Virus record (IMG/VR): IMGVR_UViG_3300022670_000781
Span: 1-52,655 of that record
Strand: one strand, 5' to 3'
Source of the DNA: a virus
Lineage: Duplodnaviria > Caudoviricetes
DNA: 52,655 bases
Below are positions 18,066 through 26,853 of this stretch, piece by piece. A program made the translations under genes and the position numbers. The number at the start of each line of letters is the position of its first letter. Position 1 is the first letter of the stretch. The notes beneath the pieces are model-generated. The model was not told the origin of the DNA. It searched no databases and saw only the letters and a list, made by a program, of their open reading frames with translations.

Positions 18066-18332
18066 TTATATCAACCCATATACAACAAAATACGGACCAC
18101 TGATATTTAAAATTATTTTTATCTTAGCAAGTATATCCAGCGACTCACCAAGTGTTAATTCCGAAATGGTAATTTCAACGGTTTTCCACTCCACATTTGT
18201 GTAGTAAACTCTCGAACCAATGACCTCTTTCACACTACAAGCGTCCCATACTTTACTCTGAATTTTACTTACCATTTTTTCTAAATTTCTGTTACCTTTA
18301 ACACTAATTTGCACAATACAATGGTCACTCAT
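18066..18332 (-). CDS. Hypothetical protein
   Basis: Coupled ORF with GGAGTA RBS. Confidence 0.6.
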   Translation of the reverse strand: MSDHCIVQISVKGNRNLEKMVSKIQSKVWDACSVKEVIGSRVYYTNVEWKTVEITISELTLGESLDILAKIKIILNISGPYFVVYGLI

Positions 18333-18526
18333 GATGGTACTCCAGTTAATATATCCCGCGCAACTAATACAGGACAGTCTAACGTATGCACTATAATTTT
18401 ATCGCCGTTGGTATTAACAGATGGGCAATACAAGCAATATGATCCATGATCATCCTGAAGTTCACCCTTACCTATGATAGTCCTAGCCAATATCTGAATG
18501 TCCTTTTCCCTTGTTACAGTTCCCAT
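18329..18526 (-). CDS. Hypothetical protein with a CxxC...HxxxC motif
   Basis: YCLYC...VHTLDCPV; GGAGTAA RBS. Confidence 0.65.
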   Translation of the reverse strand: MGTVTREKDIQILARTIIGKGELQDDHGSYCLYCPSVNTNGDKIIVHTLDCPVLVARDILTGVPS

Positions 18527-18571
18527 AAATTACTCCAGTTGTTCTTGCTATATTAAGGGTTATAACCACAA

Positions 18572-18886
18572 TTAGTCAGCTTTAACCCATTCGGTTGTAA
18601 CTACTTCAACCTCTTTACACTTCACCCAGTCATAATCACGTAGAGCTTCAGTAAAACCAAGGTACATTAGACTTGTCTGGTCCTCCAGCATCCAAGTACC
18701 CACCATTTCTGAAGGGGCCTTAACGAAAACATCATCATCGTTTAGGTACTTAGCGTCTGGTTTGATCTCCATCACATATCTTTCTTGTGCGATACCTTTT
18801 CGCTCATCGACCAGTACTTCGTCAATATAGGTGGCTAACTGCGTGATAGCATATTTATCTATTTTCTTAGTTAATAGGTTGCCCAT
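18572..18886 (-). CDS. Hypothetical protein
   Basis: ORF track; operon context. Confidence 0.6.
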   Translation of the reverse strand: MGNLLTKKIDKYAITQLATYIDEVLVDERKGIAQERYVMEIKPDAKYLNDDDVFVKAPSEMVGTWMLEDQTSLMYLGFTEALRDYDWVKCKEVEVVTTEWVKAD

Positions 18887-18889
18887 GAT

Positions 18890-19279
18890 CTAAAATACCT
18901 TTGTGTAAACGTTTTTAATTATAACTTGTTTGCGATCTAGATCAAACTGATTTATAAGGTCTCCTTGACCTAGAGTAATATGGAGTATTAAAGGTAGGTC
19001 ACCTTTAAATCCGGCATCCTCAAGGTTATTACGAAACTCTCTTAATTCGGGCACATCGTCTAATATAGCCACAGTTAAGTTCACATTCTCCCAATATTCA
19101 ACTCTATTGATCCGACCAACAGTATTAATGTTCGGGCAATAAATGCGCTCGGTCACACTTTTTTGATGCTCGGGTTTAGAATATAAAATAGTGATATGGA
19201 AATCATTATGGAAACATGGTATGGGGTTTGTAATGATTGCATCAACCCCAATATATAATGTACTTTTACTCATCTTCAT
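18890..19279 (-). CDS. acb1: 2H phosphodiesterase, Acb1 (T4 gp57B)-like anti-CBASS candidate
   Basis: Two HxT motifs (FHITILYSK and LHITLG) about 72 aa apart; LY..., NPIP, EYW and VAILD match my recollection of T4 57B. Confidence 0.7.
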   Translation of the reverse strand: MKMSKSTLYIGVDAIITNPIPCFHNDFHITILYSKPEHQKSVTERIYCPNINTVGRINRVEYWENVNLTVAILDDVPELREFRNNLEDAGFKGDLPLILHITLGQGDLINQFDLDRKQVIIKNVYTKVF

Positions 19280-19291
19280 TACTCCAATTAA

Positions 19292-19486
19292 TTATTGATC
19301 GGTAAAGTGTTTGATTCCTGGCTGTGTCGCTCTAAAAAATCGACCTCTCATATCTCGATTAACACCATCCTCTTCATCAGGGTCTTCGCCGTGTAAAGGG
19401 TTTTGCATTACCCGATGTAACCACAGTGATTCGTCTTCAGTCAATATCATTGTGGTTTCTGTTTTAACTTTGTGAACCGATTCCAT
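19292..19486 (-). CDS. Hypothetical protein (MESVHKVK...)
   Basis: Start reassigned to ATG 19486 (GGAGTAAATAGA-ATG); the track's longer version overlaps another gene. Confidence 0.65.
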   Translation of the reverse strand: MESVHKVKTETTMILTEDESLWLHRVMQNPLHGEDPDEEDGVNRDMRGRFFRATQPGIKHFTDQ

Positions 19487-19487
19487 T

Positions 19488-19661
19488 CTATTTACTCCAT
19501 GTATTAATAGGTTTAAAACCAGAACACTTAAAGCCATGAAAATTTGCACTTGGGCATCGCTTTTTTCCGCATTCTGAGCATTCAAACATAAGACTAGTAG
19601 ATTTGATATGATTATGTTTTTCATTGAGGCAATTAAAGCATCTACAGTTACGTTTTGACAT
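19488..19661 (-). CDS. 57-aa Cys-rich zinc-binding phage protein
   Basis: CRCFNC...MFECSECGKKRCPSANFHGFKCSG, resembling the recurrent phage CxxCGNKRCPxAxxHxxxC motif; GGAGTAA RBS; not in the ORF track. Confidence 0.75.
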   Translation of the reverse strand: MSKRNCRCFNCLNEKHNHIKSTSLMFECSECGKKRCPSANFHGFKCSGFKPINTWSK

Positions 19662-19704
19662 TCTATTTACTCCAATTAATTACTGATCGGTAAACATACC
19701 AAAT

Positions 19705-20136
19705 TTATATTGCTTGTTTGATTGATAACAACGTTATGTAATAGTAGACCTTAATTGGGTTCATTCCAACTTCAACTTTTAATTCACCCCCAAGTAAGTC
19801 TATTATCTTTTGGGACTCTTCTATAGTTGATGCTGAATAACCATCAAAGTTGGTTATTTGATTATCTATTTCTTGTTTAACTGCTTCATTACTCACCATT
19901 GCAGGCTTGGTTATGGTAAAACCCAACGCTTCTGCCATAACCACAATATCAGATTCTGAGAACTGGGCTAATGTAGAAGTGATCGGGTCGTCTATATCAC
20001 CATCGGTGTCTTCAATCTCCAATACAATAACTGGTTCGTTGGCACCATTAACATCAACATACTTAAAGGAAACGTCATCGTCACTCCAACGGTGTTCAGT
20101 TGCTTTTTTAACCGCTTCTTCATTACTCATCTTCAT
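19705..20136 (-). CDS. Hypothetical acidic protein
   Basis: ORF with the start-associated repeat. Confidence 0.65.
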   Translation of the reverse strand: MKMSNEEAVKKATEHRWSDDDVSFKYVDVNGANEPVIVLEIEDTDGDIDDPITSTLAQFSESDIVVMAEALGFTITKPAMVSNEAVKQEIDNQITNFDGYSASTIEESQKIIDLLGGELKVEVGMNPIKVYYYITLLSIKQAI

Positions 20137-20145
20137 TTACTCCAA

Positions 20146-20364
20146 TTAAAGTTTTATCTCACTTGTTATTAATGTTTCGCCTGTACGCTTGCTTTTAAGC
20201 ACTACACTTGGGTGGTCGGTGCGGCGTTTCATTGCTCTATAATAATGACCCCAACAAGCATCTTTATTACGCGTTGTAAATTTCATCATTAGTGATTGTT
20301 CAGCTTTGCCAATATATACCACAGTAGAATCTTTGTCTAGTATTACATGTACACGTTTAGACAT
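20146..20364 (-). CDS. Hypothetical protein, first gene of the leftward accessory operon
   Basis: TTAATTGGAGTAA RBS; directly downstream of a promoter. Confidence 0.65.
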   Translation of the reverse strand: MSKRVHVILDKDSTVVYIGKAEQSLMMKFTTRNKDACWGHYYRAMKRRTDHPSVVLKSKRTGETLITSEIKL

Positions 20365-20399
20365 TAGTATTACTCCAATTAATTATTTATCTACCCCCT

Positions 20400-20428
20400 A
20401 TTATAGATTAGACTACAATATTAATCAA
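20400..20428 (-). promoter_or_regulatory. Sigma70-like promoter for the leftward accessory operon
   Basis: TTGATT-N17-TATAAT. Confidence 0.7.
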
Positions 20429-20429
20429 T

Positions 20430-20998
20430 TATAGTTTAGATCTATTTGATGCTGTGGGTGATCCTATTTTGTATATATAAATTTTTTTTATATTAGCGCG
20501 GGATTTATACAATCCATCTGACTCGCTTCCACAATCCCACTAACAGCCATAGAATCTACGTCTACTCCCCCATTTCTAATCTAAACTACCCCTATTTTTA
20601 CTCATCTACCCCCATACCCCTAATTTTACCCCAGAATCATACCCCTACTCCAAGTATTGTATTCTTTAGTATTTCTTTATATATATTAATAAGTTATATA
20701 TATTATTATATAGAGTAGGGTTATATAGGTATAGGATAACTAGGGGATGTATATATCCCTTTTATATATAGGGAGTAATCTAATCATTTTTCTACTATAT
20801 TTTTTCATTTATATAGGACCCCCCTACCTACATACCCCCAAAGTGGGTTAACTTGTTGGTTTATATAAGAAATAATAGGGGGTATCGGATAACCCGACCC
20901 TACCCCTAATCGAAATATAAATTGTGGTAACTGGTTGGTAAATATAAAGAAAAGCCATTTTGGATTAGGGGGCAATTCAATATACCCCTAATCATTAC
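20430..20998. other. Putative replication origin / control region
   Basis: About 570 nt without an ORF, beside the primase 3' end; many TACCCC/GGGGTA repeats flank an AT-rich core; two IHF-like sites. Confidence 0.55.
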
Positions 20999-23308
20999 TC
21001 ACCACGCGCTTCCTAGAGTATATAATTTCTGACGTAGATTAAACTCTGCCTTGACTTGAATAGCTGGTATCTCATTCAACACCTCGGCCTTGATTAGATC
21101 TTCGATAGATTCTTCTACCAATTTGGTGGCGCCTCTGCGGTCGTTTTTGAAGTTAGATAGTAACCTTAACCTATCCCGCAAATACGAATAGGGAATTATT
21201 TTATGATTTAGTAAGGCCTTTGGAGCCTTGTAGTTTAGTTTTTGTGAATCAGTTAAGCCCCAGTAAGTTTCAACAACCCTGCGGATATCCTGTTCGAAAC
21301 GATGATCTCCTAGGCCTACTTCGCCGTTTGAGAATCGGGATAAAACACCCTCGATGTCTTTTCGGATAAACTTAATTGACCATTTTGCGGTAGATTCACT
21401 TATGATGGCTTGGTGCGGATCTTCTCCCACCGCTATTAATGCCGCTAGTTTCAATGCCTTTAAGTGGGCGCGGTTCCAGAGTTGAGGTTCTATTTCACCT
21501 ATGTGTTTGTTGATTTCACCATCTGCAAATCTGTCAAAGGTGTCAAATAATTTTAAAGCCTTTGCTGAGGTTTGTACTGGGCAACAAGTATTGTTGTTAT
21601 TAGTATTGATGGCCACAGATGCGAATTCAGCGAAATCCTTAACCAGTTTGTCTTCTGGTACATGAAACGCGTTTGGGTTACGAGGTGGTCTGTTGCCCTT
21701 GTATTCGATTATACAAAAACGTGGGATAAGGCCTTCCGCGATATGAGATTGATCCAATCCCCTATAAAAAGTCTCGGGAGTCGATTCTCCAAAAATGGTT
21801 ACATTTGGTGCCTGAACCAAGTTCGTGTTCTTCTCGGTGTCTGAATAAACCGATGGGCGTAACATTTTGTTCCAGCCTGATTTGGCATAGAGATCCAATA
21901 ACACCTTTCGCAACATAATTTCACTTGAGCTGGCATTGTGTGAACATAACTGCTGGAGGGTTAAACCAAACTCACCTAGAATAGACAAGAATACAGGTTT
22001 GTTATCTAATACCCTAACTAACGCTTGACCGGATGCAAATGCACTGGGCCCTACGAATTCGTCTATCATTGGTATAATAGGACGCGTTGCTGCAATTAGG
22101 TTATCAATACCAGTAGCCGCACTTTCTTTACCAGTTCCCGTTTTGGCCAATAGAATTAAGTATTGGTTTAAGCCGGTTCCGGAAATGTTAAACGAACGAC
22201 CACATACACCCGCGGCTAATGAGATAGCTGCAGTTAATGCAATTTCGTGTACTGGGCGGATGGCTGATGAATAAATGTACTTCGCGATTTCGCCTACCAA
22301 TCCAGATGGGTAATCATATTTAACCGGTGGTCTTGCAATAGGTGGTTTCTTGATAGGGGGTGTAGGTATACCAGTTTTACTTTTGGCTGGAGGCTTGGCT
22401 ATTGGATTTTGATCGTTACCATTGTCGCTGGTATCGCTCTTAATACTTAAATCCAAAGTAGGCAGTTTCAAGCTGTCCATATCTACCGGAGGCGGTTGCT
22501 TCGCCCTAATCTTTTCCAGTGCAAAGTTTAGATACTTATCATTGCGCACTGCTTTTTCTCGTTTGCCCATTTTGGACATCCGGAACAAACTTCTTACTTG
22601 ATCATTGTCCTGTGTATAATAGGCGAATATAGATAGGAGGGCGAAATCTGCTTCCGATTGACTTTCGTAATCGTTTTCCCAATCCCCGTTACAAAGCTTG
22701 TTAAACTTTTCTGCATTGATAGCGTTGGAGGCCATCTCCACAAGATCAGTATCCGAAACAGTTCCATCAACTTGAACTAGGCTGGCTGTTGCAACATGTG
22801 ACATTTCATTATAGAGAATATCTATAATTTCTTGCTGGTCGGTTATGGGTAGGTTGTTACAAATGTTACCAGTACAAATCATATAGCGAGATTCACTATA
22901 GACTTCTATCTCGTCTTTGTTACGCCCTTGTGGTATCTTACCCTTACATAATAGGTGGTACCCTTTACCGGATTGAGAAATTTCTGTATAGGTTTCGCAG
23001 TATTCTCGAATCTTGTTTTGGCGGGCTATGATTACTTCACATTCTTCTGGTGTATATCTTGGGCTACCATCTTTGTTTACTTTTGAATATGGGTCGTCTA
23101 AATCAATAACTGCATAAGGATCATTTTCGGTAAATACAAATCCAATATGTTTAAAACCAGCTTGCCTTGCTTCTTCGAATGTACCCCACGTGGATGGATC
23201 TGTAACTGATGCCTTTGATCCGTTTTTAGAATTTAAAGGAAATTTATTAGGCCCTGCTGAAACCCATTGTTTGAGATTTCTCAGTTCCTGTGGTATCTGA
23301 TCTAACAT
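20999..23308 (-). CDS. Primase-polymerase (AEP/PrimPol) fused to a helicase-like (DUF3987-type) domain
   Basis: QIPQELRNLKQWV, DPSTWGTFEEA, VIDLDD, YTEISQSGKGYH, SQSEADFAL; C-terminal Walker A AKTGTGKE. Confidence 0.88.
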   Translation of the reverse strand: MLDQIPQELRNLKQWVSAGPNKFPLNSKNGSKASVTDPSTWGTFEEARQAGFKHIGFVFTENDPYAVIDLDDPYSKVNKDGSPRYTPEECEVIIARQNKIREYCETYTEISQSGKGYHLLCKGKIPQGRNKDEIEVYSESRYMICTGNICNNLPITDQQEIIDILYNEMSHVATASLVQVDGTVSDTDLVEMASNAINAEKFNKLCNGDWENDYESQSEADFALLSIFAYYTQDNDQVRSLFRMSKMGKREKAVRNDKYLNFALEKIRAKQPPPVDMDSLKLPTLDLSIKSDTSDNGNDQNPIAKPPAKSKTGIPTPPIKKPPIARPPVKYDYPSGLVGEIAKYIYSSAIRPVHEIALTAAISLAAGVCGRSFNISGTGLNQYLILLAKTGTGKESAATGIDNLIAATRPIIPMIDEFVGPSAFASGQALVRVLDNKPVFLSILGEFGLTLQQLCSHNASSSEIMLRKVLLDLYAKSGWNKMLRPSVYSDTEKNTNLVQAPNVTIFGESTPETFYRGLDQSHIAEGLIPRFCIIEYKGNRPPRNPNAFHVPEDKLVKDFAEFASVAINTNNNNTCCPVQTSAKALKLFDTFDRFADGEINKHIGEIEPQLWNRAHLKALKLAALIAVGEDPHQAIISESTAKWSIKFIRKDIEGVLSRFSNGEVGLGDHRFEQDIRRVVETYWGLTDSQKLNYKAPKALLNHKIIPYSYLRDRLRLLSNFKNDRRGATKLVEESIEDLIKAEVLNEIPAIQVKAEFNLRQKLYTLGSAW

Positions 23309-23326
23309 TATATACTCCTATAATGT

Positions 23327-23539
23327 TTAGCCGATTTTGGAATTAGAAAGAAACTCATACAGATATTGAACCCTATTCACTGAGGGGTTCTTAAACTCGT
23401 TGTTAACAAACTTGCGTAGCCAATAAAAGGGGATACCAGTCTCGCTATATAGCTCTAACAGACTTCGTTGGTCCTCCCTTATTAGGGTAATTGTTTTTTG
23501 CATTAAGCTGCCAGGCTTATCGAACTCATTTTTATTCAT
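23327..23539 (-). CDS. Small Cro-like HTH protein
   Basis: LLELYSETGIPFYWLRKF...NPSVNRVQYL pattern. Confidence 0.7.
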   Translation of the reverse strand: MNKNEFDKPGSLMQKTITLIREDQRSLLELYSETGIPFYWLRKFVNNEFKNPSVNRVQYLYEFLSNSKIG

Positions 23540-23643
23540 TGGGTAGTCCTCAGTTAAGTAGCCTATTAGTATATAGAATTTAAAAGTGAATTAAAAGGGG
23601 TAACCTTATAATACTCCCCTTTAAAATAGGTACCATTAAACGG

Positions 23644-23671
23644 TTGATAAATTTACACCCCCTTATATAAT
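23644..23671 (+). promoter_or_regulatory. Sigma70-like promoter for the rightward replication operon
   Basis: TTGATA-N16-TATAAT in the divergent intergenic region. Confidence 0.65.
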
Positions 23672-23708
23672 GGAGTAACAAATTCGGATAACGTTAACGG
23701 AGATCACC

Positions 23709-24104
23709 ATGACAGAAGAACAAATAAAATTATTAGAAGACTGGGCCGATGCTAAATTAGGTTTGGCCAAGATTAAACTGACAGAAGCTGAGTTGCGTAT
23801 TGAGGTTCGTTCTTCTTTCTTTCCAGTCCCTGAAATAGGCACCAACACTATTGAGTTGGAAGGTGGTTGGAAATTGAAGTGTGTTGAGAAGTTGTCCTAT
23901 ACTATTGACAAGGCTTCGTTACATAGCACATTAGAACAGTTGCCTGAAGGGATTGCAGATCGAGTTATCCAGTATAAACCTTCTTTGGATATGTCCCAAT
24001 ATAACAAGCTTTCTGATTATAATCGAGGTATCTTTGATTCGGCGTTGATTATTAAGCCTGCTAGCCCTACAATAACTCTTGTCGAACCAAAAGAGAAGAA
24101 ATAA
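23709..24104 (+). CDS. Phage hypothetical protein in the recombination module
   Basis: EAELR...GTNTIEL..GWKLK and KPASPT motifs; directly upstream of the AAA gene. Confidence 0.7.
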   Translation: MTEEQIKLLEDWADAKLGLAKIKLTEAELRIEVRSSFFPVPEIGTNTIELEGGWKLKCVEKLSYTIDKASLHSTLEQLPEGIADRVIQYKPSLDMSQYNKLSDYNRGIFDSALIIKPASPTITLVEPKEKK

Positions 24105-24106
24105 TT

Positions 24107-24832
24107 ATGGCTATTAGATTTACAACCTCAGAAGAGGCAGCGGTCGCCAATGGTATTAAAGTATTGGTATATGGTATGTCTGGCATTGGTAAAACCATGT
24201 TAAACGCTACGGCCCCTACCCCTTTACTAATAAGTGCCGAATCTGGTTTACTTTCGCTAAGCCGTGTTAACATCGAACGTGTATTTGGTGTGGACACTCC
24301 TGGCATCAACTACAGTATCCCAGTAATGGAAATTGTAACCATTGATGATCTCATGGAAGCGTTTAAATGGTGTACTGAATCAAAAGAGGCTGAACAGTTC
24401 GAAACTATCAGCTTAGATTCAATTACTGAAATAGGCGAGGTAGTCTTGGCCAACGCTAAGCTCCAGTGTAAAGATCCCCGTCAGGCTTATGGTGAGCTCA
24501 TTGAAAAAATGACGATGACCATTAAGAAGTTTCGGGATATCAGTTCTCATAATATTTACTTCTCGGCAAAGCAAGAACGAAGTCGTGATGAAGATACAAT
24601 GACCACACACTATGGGCCAACGATGCCAGGATCTAAACTTGGCCCGCAATTACCTTATTTATTTGATGAGGTATTCAACATTAACATCGCTAAAACTACT
24701 GAGGGTGATGAGTATCGTTACCTTCGAACTCAACCCGATTTACAGTACATCGCAAAAGATAGATCCGGCGCGTTAGACGTGATCGAAAAACCCGACTTGA
24801 CCTATATCTTTAACAAGATAAAAGGCCTATAA
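24107..24832 (+). CDS. AAA_24/Sak4-like ATPase (single-strand annealing recombinase)
   Basis: VLVYGMSGIGKT, SAESG, LDSITE, FDEV and AKDRSG motifs. Confidence 0.85.
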   Translation: MAIRFTTSEEAAVANGIKVLVYGMSGIGKTMLNATAPTPLLISAESGLLSLSRVNIERVFGVDTPGINYSIPVMEIVTIDDLMEAFKWCTESKEAEQFETISLDSITEIGEVVLANAKLQCKDPRQAYGELIEKMTMTIKKFRDISSHNIYFSAKQERSRDEDTMTTHYGPTMPGSKLGPQLPYLFDEVFNINIAKTTEGDEYRYLRTQPDLQYIAKDRSGALDVIEKPDLTYIFNKIKGL

Positions 24833-24870
24833 TAGTTAATCAAACTCAAACATAATAGAAGGTAATCAAA

Positions 24871-25668
24871 GTGGGAAATTTAAACTTTAATGCAGCAGAA
24901 GTAGAACCGCAAGCAGCGTTCGAACCACTCCCAAATGGTTGGTACAATGTAATGATCGAAGAATCCGAAATGAAACCCACCAAAGCCGAAGGCGGTGCAT
25001 ATTTGGAATTGACCATGGTAGTAATTGATGGTGAATACGCCAAGCGTAAATTGTTCGATCGTTTGAATGTTCAAAACAGTAATGAAGTAGCGCAAGAAAT
25101 TGCCTACCAAACATTATCTGCAATCTGCCATGCAGTAGGGGTTATCCAAGTTAACGATAGCCAAGAGTTACATGGTAAACCTCTGATGGCTAAAGTTCGA
25201 TTGAAACCAGCTGAAGGTGAATATGAAGCAAATAATGATATTAAAGGTTATAAGGCTTGTGATGGCTCAACCTCATCTGCCGGAACAAACACTGCTGGTG
25301 CTGCGGCCGGTGGAGAGGCTGCCCCTGCATGGGCTAAGAAGAAAGAAAGCCCAGCCCCAGAAGCTGCCGCAAAGACCCCAGCGAAGACACCATCGAAACC
25401 AGCACCTAAGGTCGAAGAGCCAGCAGAACCTGTGTATGAAATGACGGAAGCTGCTCAAGGGTTTAGCCGAGAAGCCTATCATGGTGAAGGTTGGACAGAT
25501 GAACAGTTAGTCGCCGAAGGTATGATGGTTCAAAAAGAAGTTGTTAAAGCAGCTCCTAAACCAACTCCCAAACCAACCCCTAAACCCAAACCAGCAGCTA
25601 AACCAGCGGCAAAGACTGAAACCGCAGCAGCAACTGACAGCAAGCCACCATGGGCTCAGAAAAAGTAA
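24871..25668 (+). CDS. DUF669-family ssDNA-binding protein with a P/K/A-rich tail
   Basis: FEPLP.GWY.V.I..SEMKPTK..G.YL.L; LSAICHAVG; PPW C-terminus. Confidence 0.85.
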   Translation: MGNLNFNAAEVEPQAAFEPLPNGWYNVMIEESEMKPTKAEGGAYLELTMVVIDGEYAKRKLFDRLNVQNSNEVAQEIAYQTLSAICHAVGVIQVNDSQELHGKPLMAKVRLKPAEGEYEANNDIKGYKACDGSTSSAGTNTAGAAAGGEAAPAWAKKKESPAPEAAAKTPAKTPSKPAPKVEEPAEPVYEMTEAAQGFSREAYHGEGWTDEQLVAEGMMVQKEVVKAAPKPTPKPTPKPKPAAKPAAKTETAAATDSKPPWAQKK

Positions 25669-25692
25669 CCTTCCAAAATTTGATTTAATCTC

Positions 25693-25712
25693 AGGGGCTT
25701 CGGCCCCTTTTT
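25693..25712 (+). terminator. Rho-independent terminator
   Basis: AGGGGC-TTCG-GCCCCT followed by TTTT. Confidence 0.85.
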
Positions 25713-25725
25713 AATCGGAGTTATT

Positions 25726-26853
25726 ATGCCTTTAAAAACAAATCTAACCCTTGAGGCCATTGATAAGCATCTAGAAGATAACCAAGAGTCCGGTCATAGA
25801 TGGCATTTGGGGGCTTCTTTATTGGGTCGCGAATGTGCCCGTGAACTTTGGTATATTTTTCGTTGGGCTAAGGCCTCACATCACAAAGGACAATTGTTAC
25901 GTTTATTCGATCGAGGTAACCGCGAAGAATCTGTATTTGTGGCCATGCTCGAAAACATAGGTTGTACTGTTTGGGAAGTAGATCCTGAAACAGGTGACCA
26001 GTTTAGAATTAGCCATTGTGAACAACATTTAGGGGGCTCACTAGATGGGGTTGCCATAGGTATTCCAGACATCCCAGATGGGAAACCCGCGGTAACCGAA
26101 TTCAAAACTCATGGTGAAAAGTCGTTTAAAAAATTAAAAACAGAGGGTATGCGTAAATCAAAGTGGGAACATTATATTCAAACCATATTGTATGTAGATT
26201 TTTATGAACTTGATTACGGGTTCTATATGGGGGTTAGTAAAAATACAGATGAATTGTATTTAGAAGTAGTTGAAAAAGATCCTGTTACCGCCAAACGATA
26301 TATTGAGCGTGGGCAAAATATTATAGCTTCTGATTCACCTCCTCCTAGATGCAACGATAGTCCAGGCTGGTGGAAATGTAAATTTTGCGACTATCATAGT
26401 ATTTGCCACAAAGGTACTTCGCCAGATCTCAACTGTAGAACCTGTGCACATTCGGAGCCTATTCACGAAGGTAAATGGCAATGCAACAAAAAGGATATTA
26501 TCTTCGCTAAGCCATTAGAAGATGAAGATAATTATATGTTACATGGTTGCCATCAACATGTTTTTAATCCCTATATGATTGATGCTGAATTATTAAATGG
26601 CGATGAATCAGAAAACTGGTTAGAGATTGAACATCCCACTCTAGGTAAAATTAAGATAGGTCCATCAAAAATATCTACCCAGATGCTAAAATTAATATTA
26701 GATAATCCTGAAGACCAACTCGATTTTTGGTTACATGCTGAGTCTGATTGTTGGGGTATTGAAATTGCCGATACTTCATGCCTATCCCCATTAGAAGTAG
26801 ATATTGTCAGTCGCGAACAATGGTTAAAGGTTGCATCAAATGGGTGGGCTTAA
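25726..26853 (+). CDS. Cas4-like/PD-(D/E)XK exonuclease
   Basis: HLGAS.LG.EC.R.LWY.FRW, GSLDG, EFKT, QxxxY, CKFCDY...C. Confidence 0.85.
   Translation: MPLKTNLTLEAIDKHLEDNQESGHRWHLGASLLGRECARELWYIFRWAKASHHKGQLLRLFDRGNREESVFVAMLENIGCTVWEVDPETGDQFRISHCEQHLGGSLDGVAIGIPDIPDGKPAVTEFKTHGEKSFKKLKTEGMRKSKWEHYIQTILYVDFYELDYGFYMGVSKNTDELYLEVVEKDPVTAKRYIERGQNIIASDSPPPRCNDSPGWWKCKFCDYHSICHKGTSPDLNCRTCAHSEPIHEGKWQCNKKDIIFAKPLEDEDNYMLHGCHQHVFNPYMIDAELLNGDESENWLEIEHPTLGKIKIGPSKISTQMLKLILDNPEDQLDFWLHAESDCWGIEIADTSCLSPLEVDIVSREQWLKVASNGWA

Noticed and set aside
19292-19624. The 110-aa ORF as given in the track
   Set aside because: Better explained as two genes (19488-19661 and 19292-19486), each with a GGAGTAA RBS.
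23327-23708. Lysis-lysogeny switch
   Set aside because: Only one small HTH gene lies by the divergent promoters. No CI-like repressor with a peptidase domain, integrase or partition genes were found.
25726-26853. Cas4-like nuclease as evidence of a CRISPR-Cas system
   Set aside because: No repeat-spacer array or other cas genes were seen. It sits in the usual phage AAA-SSB-nuclease-helicase module.
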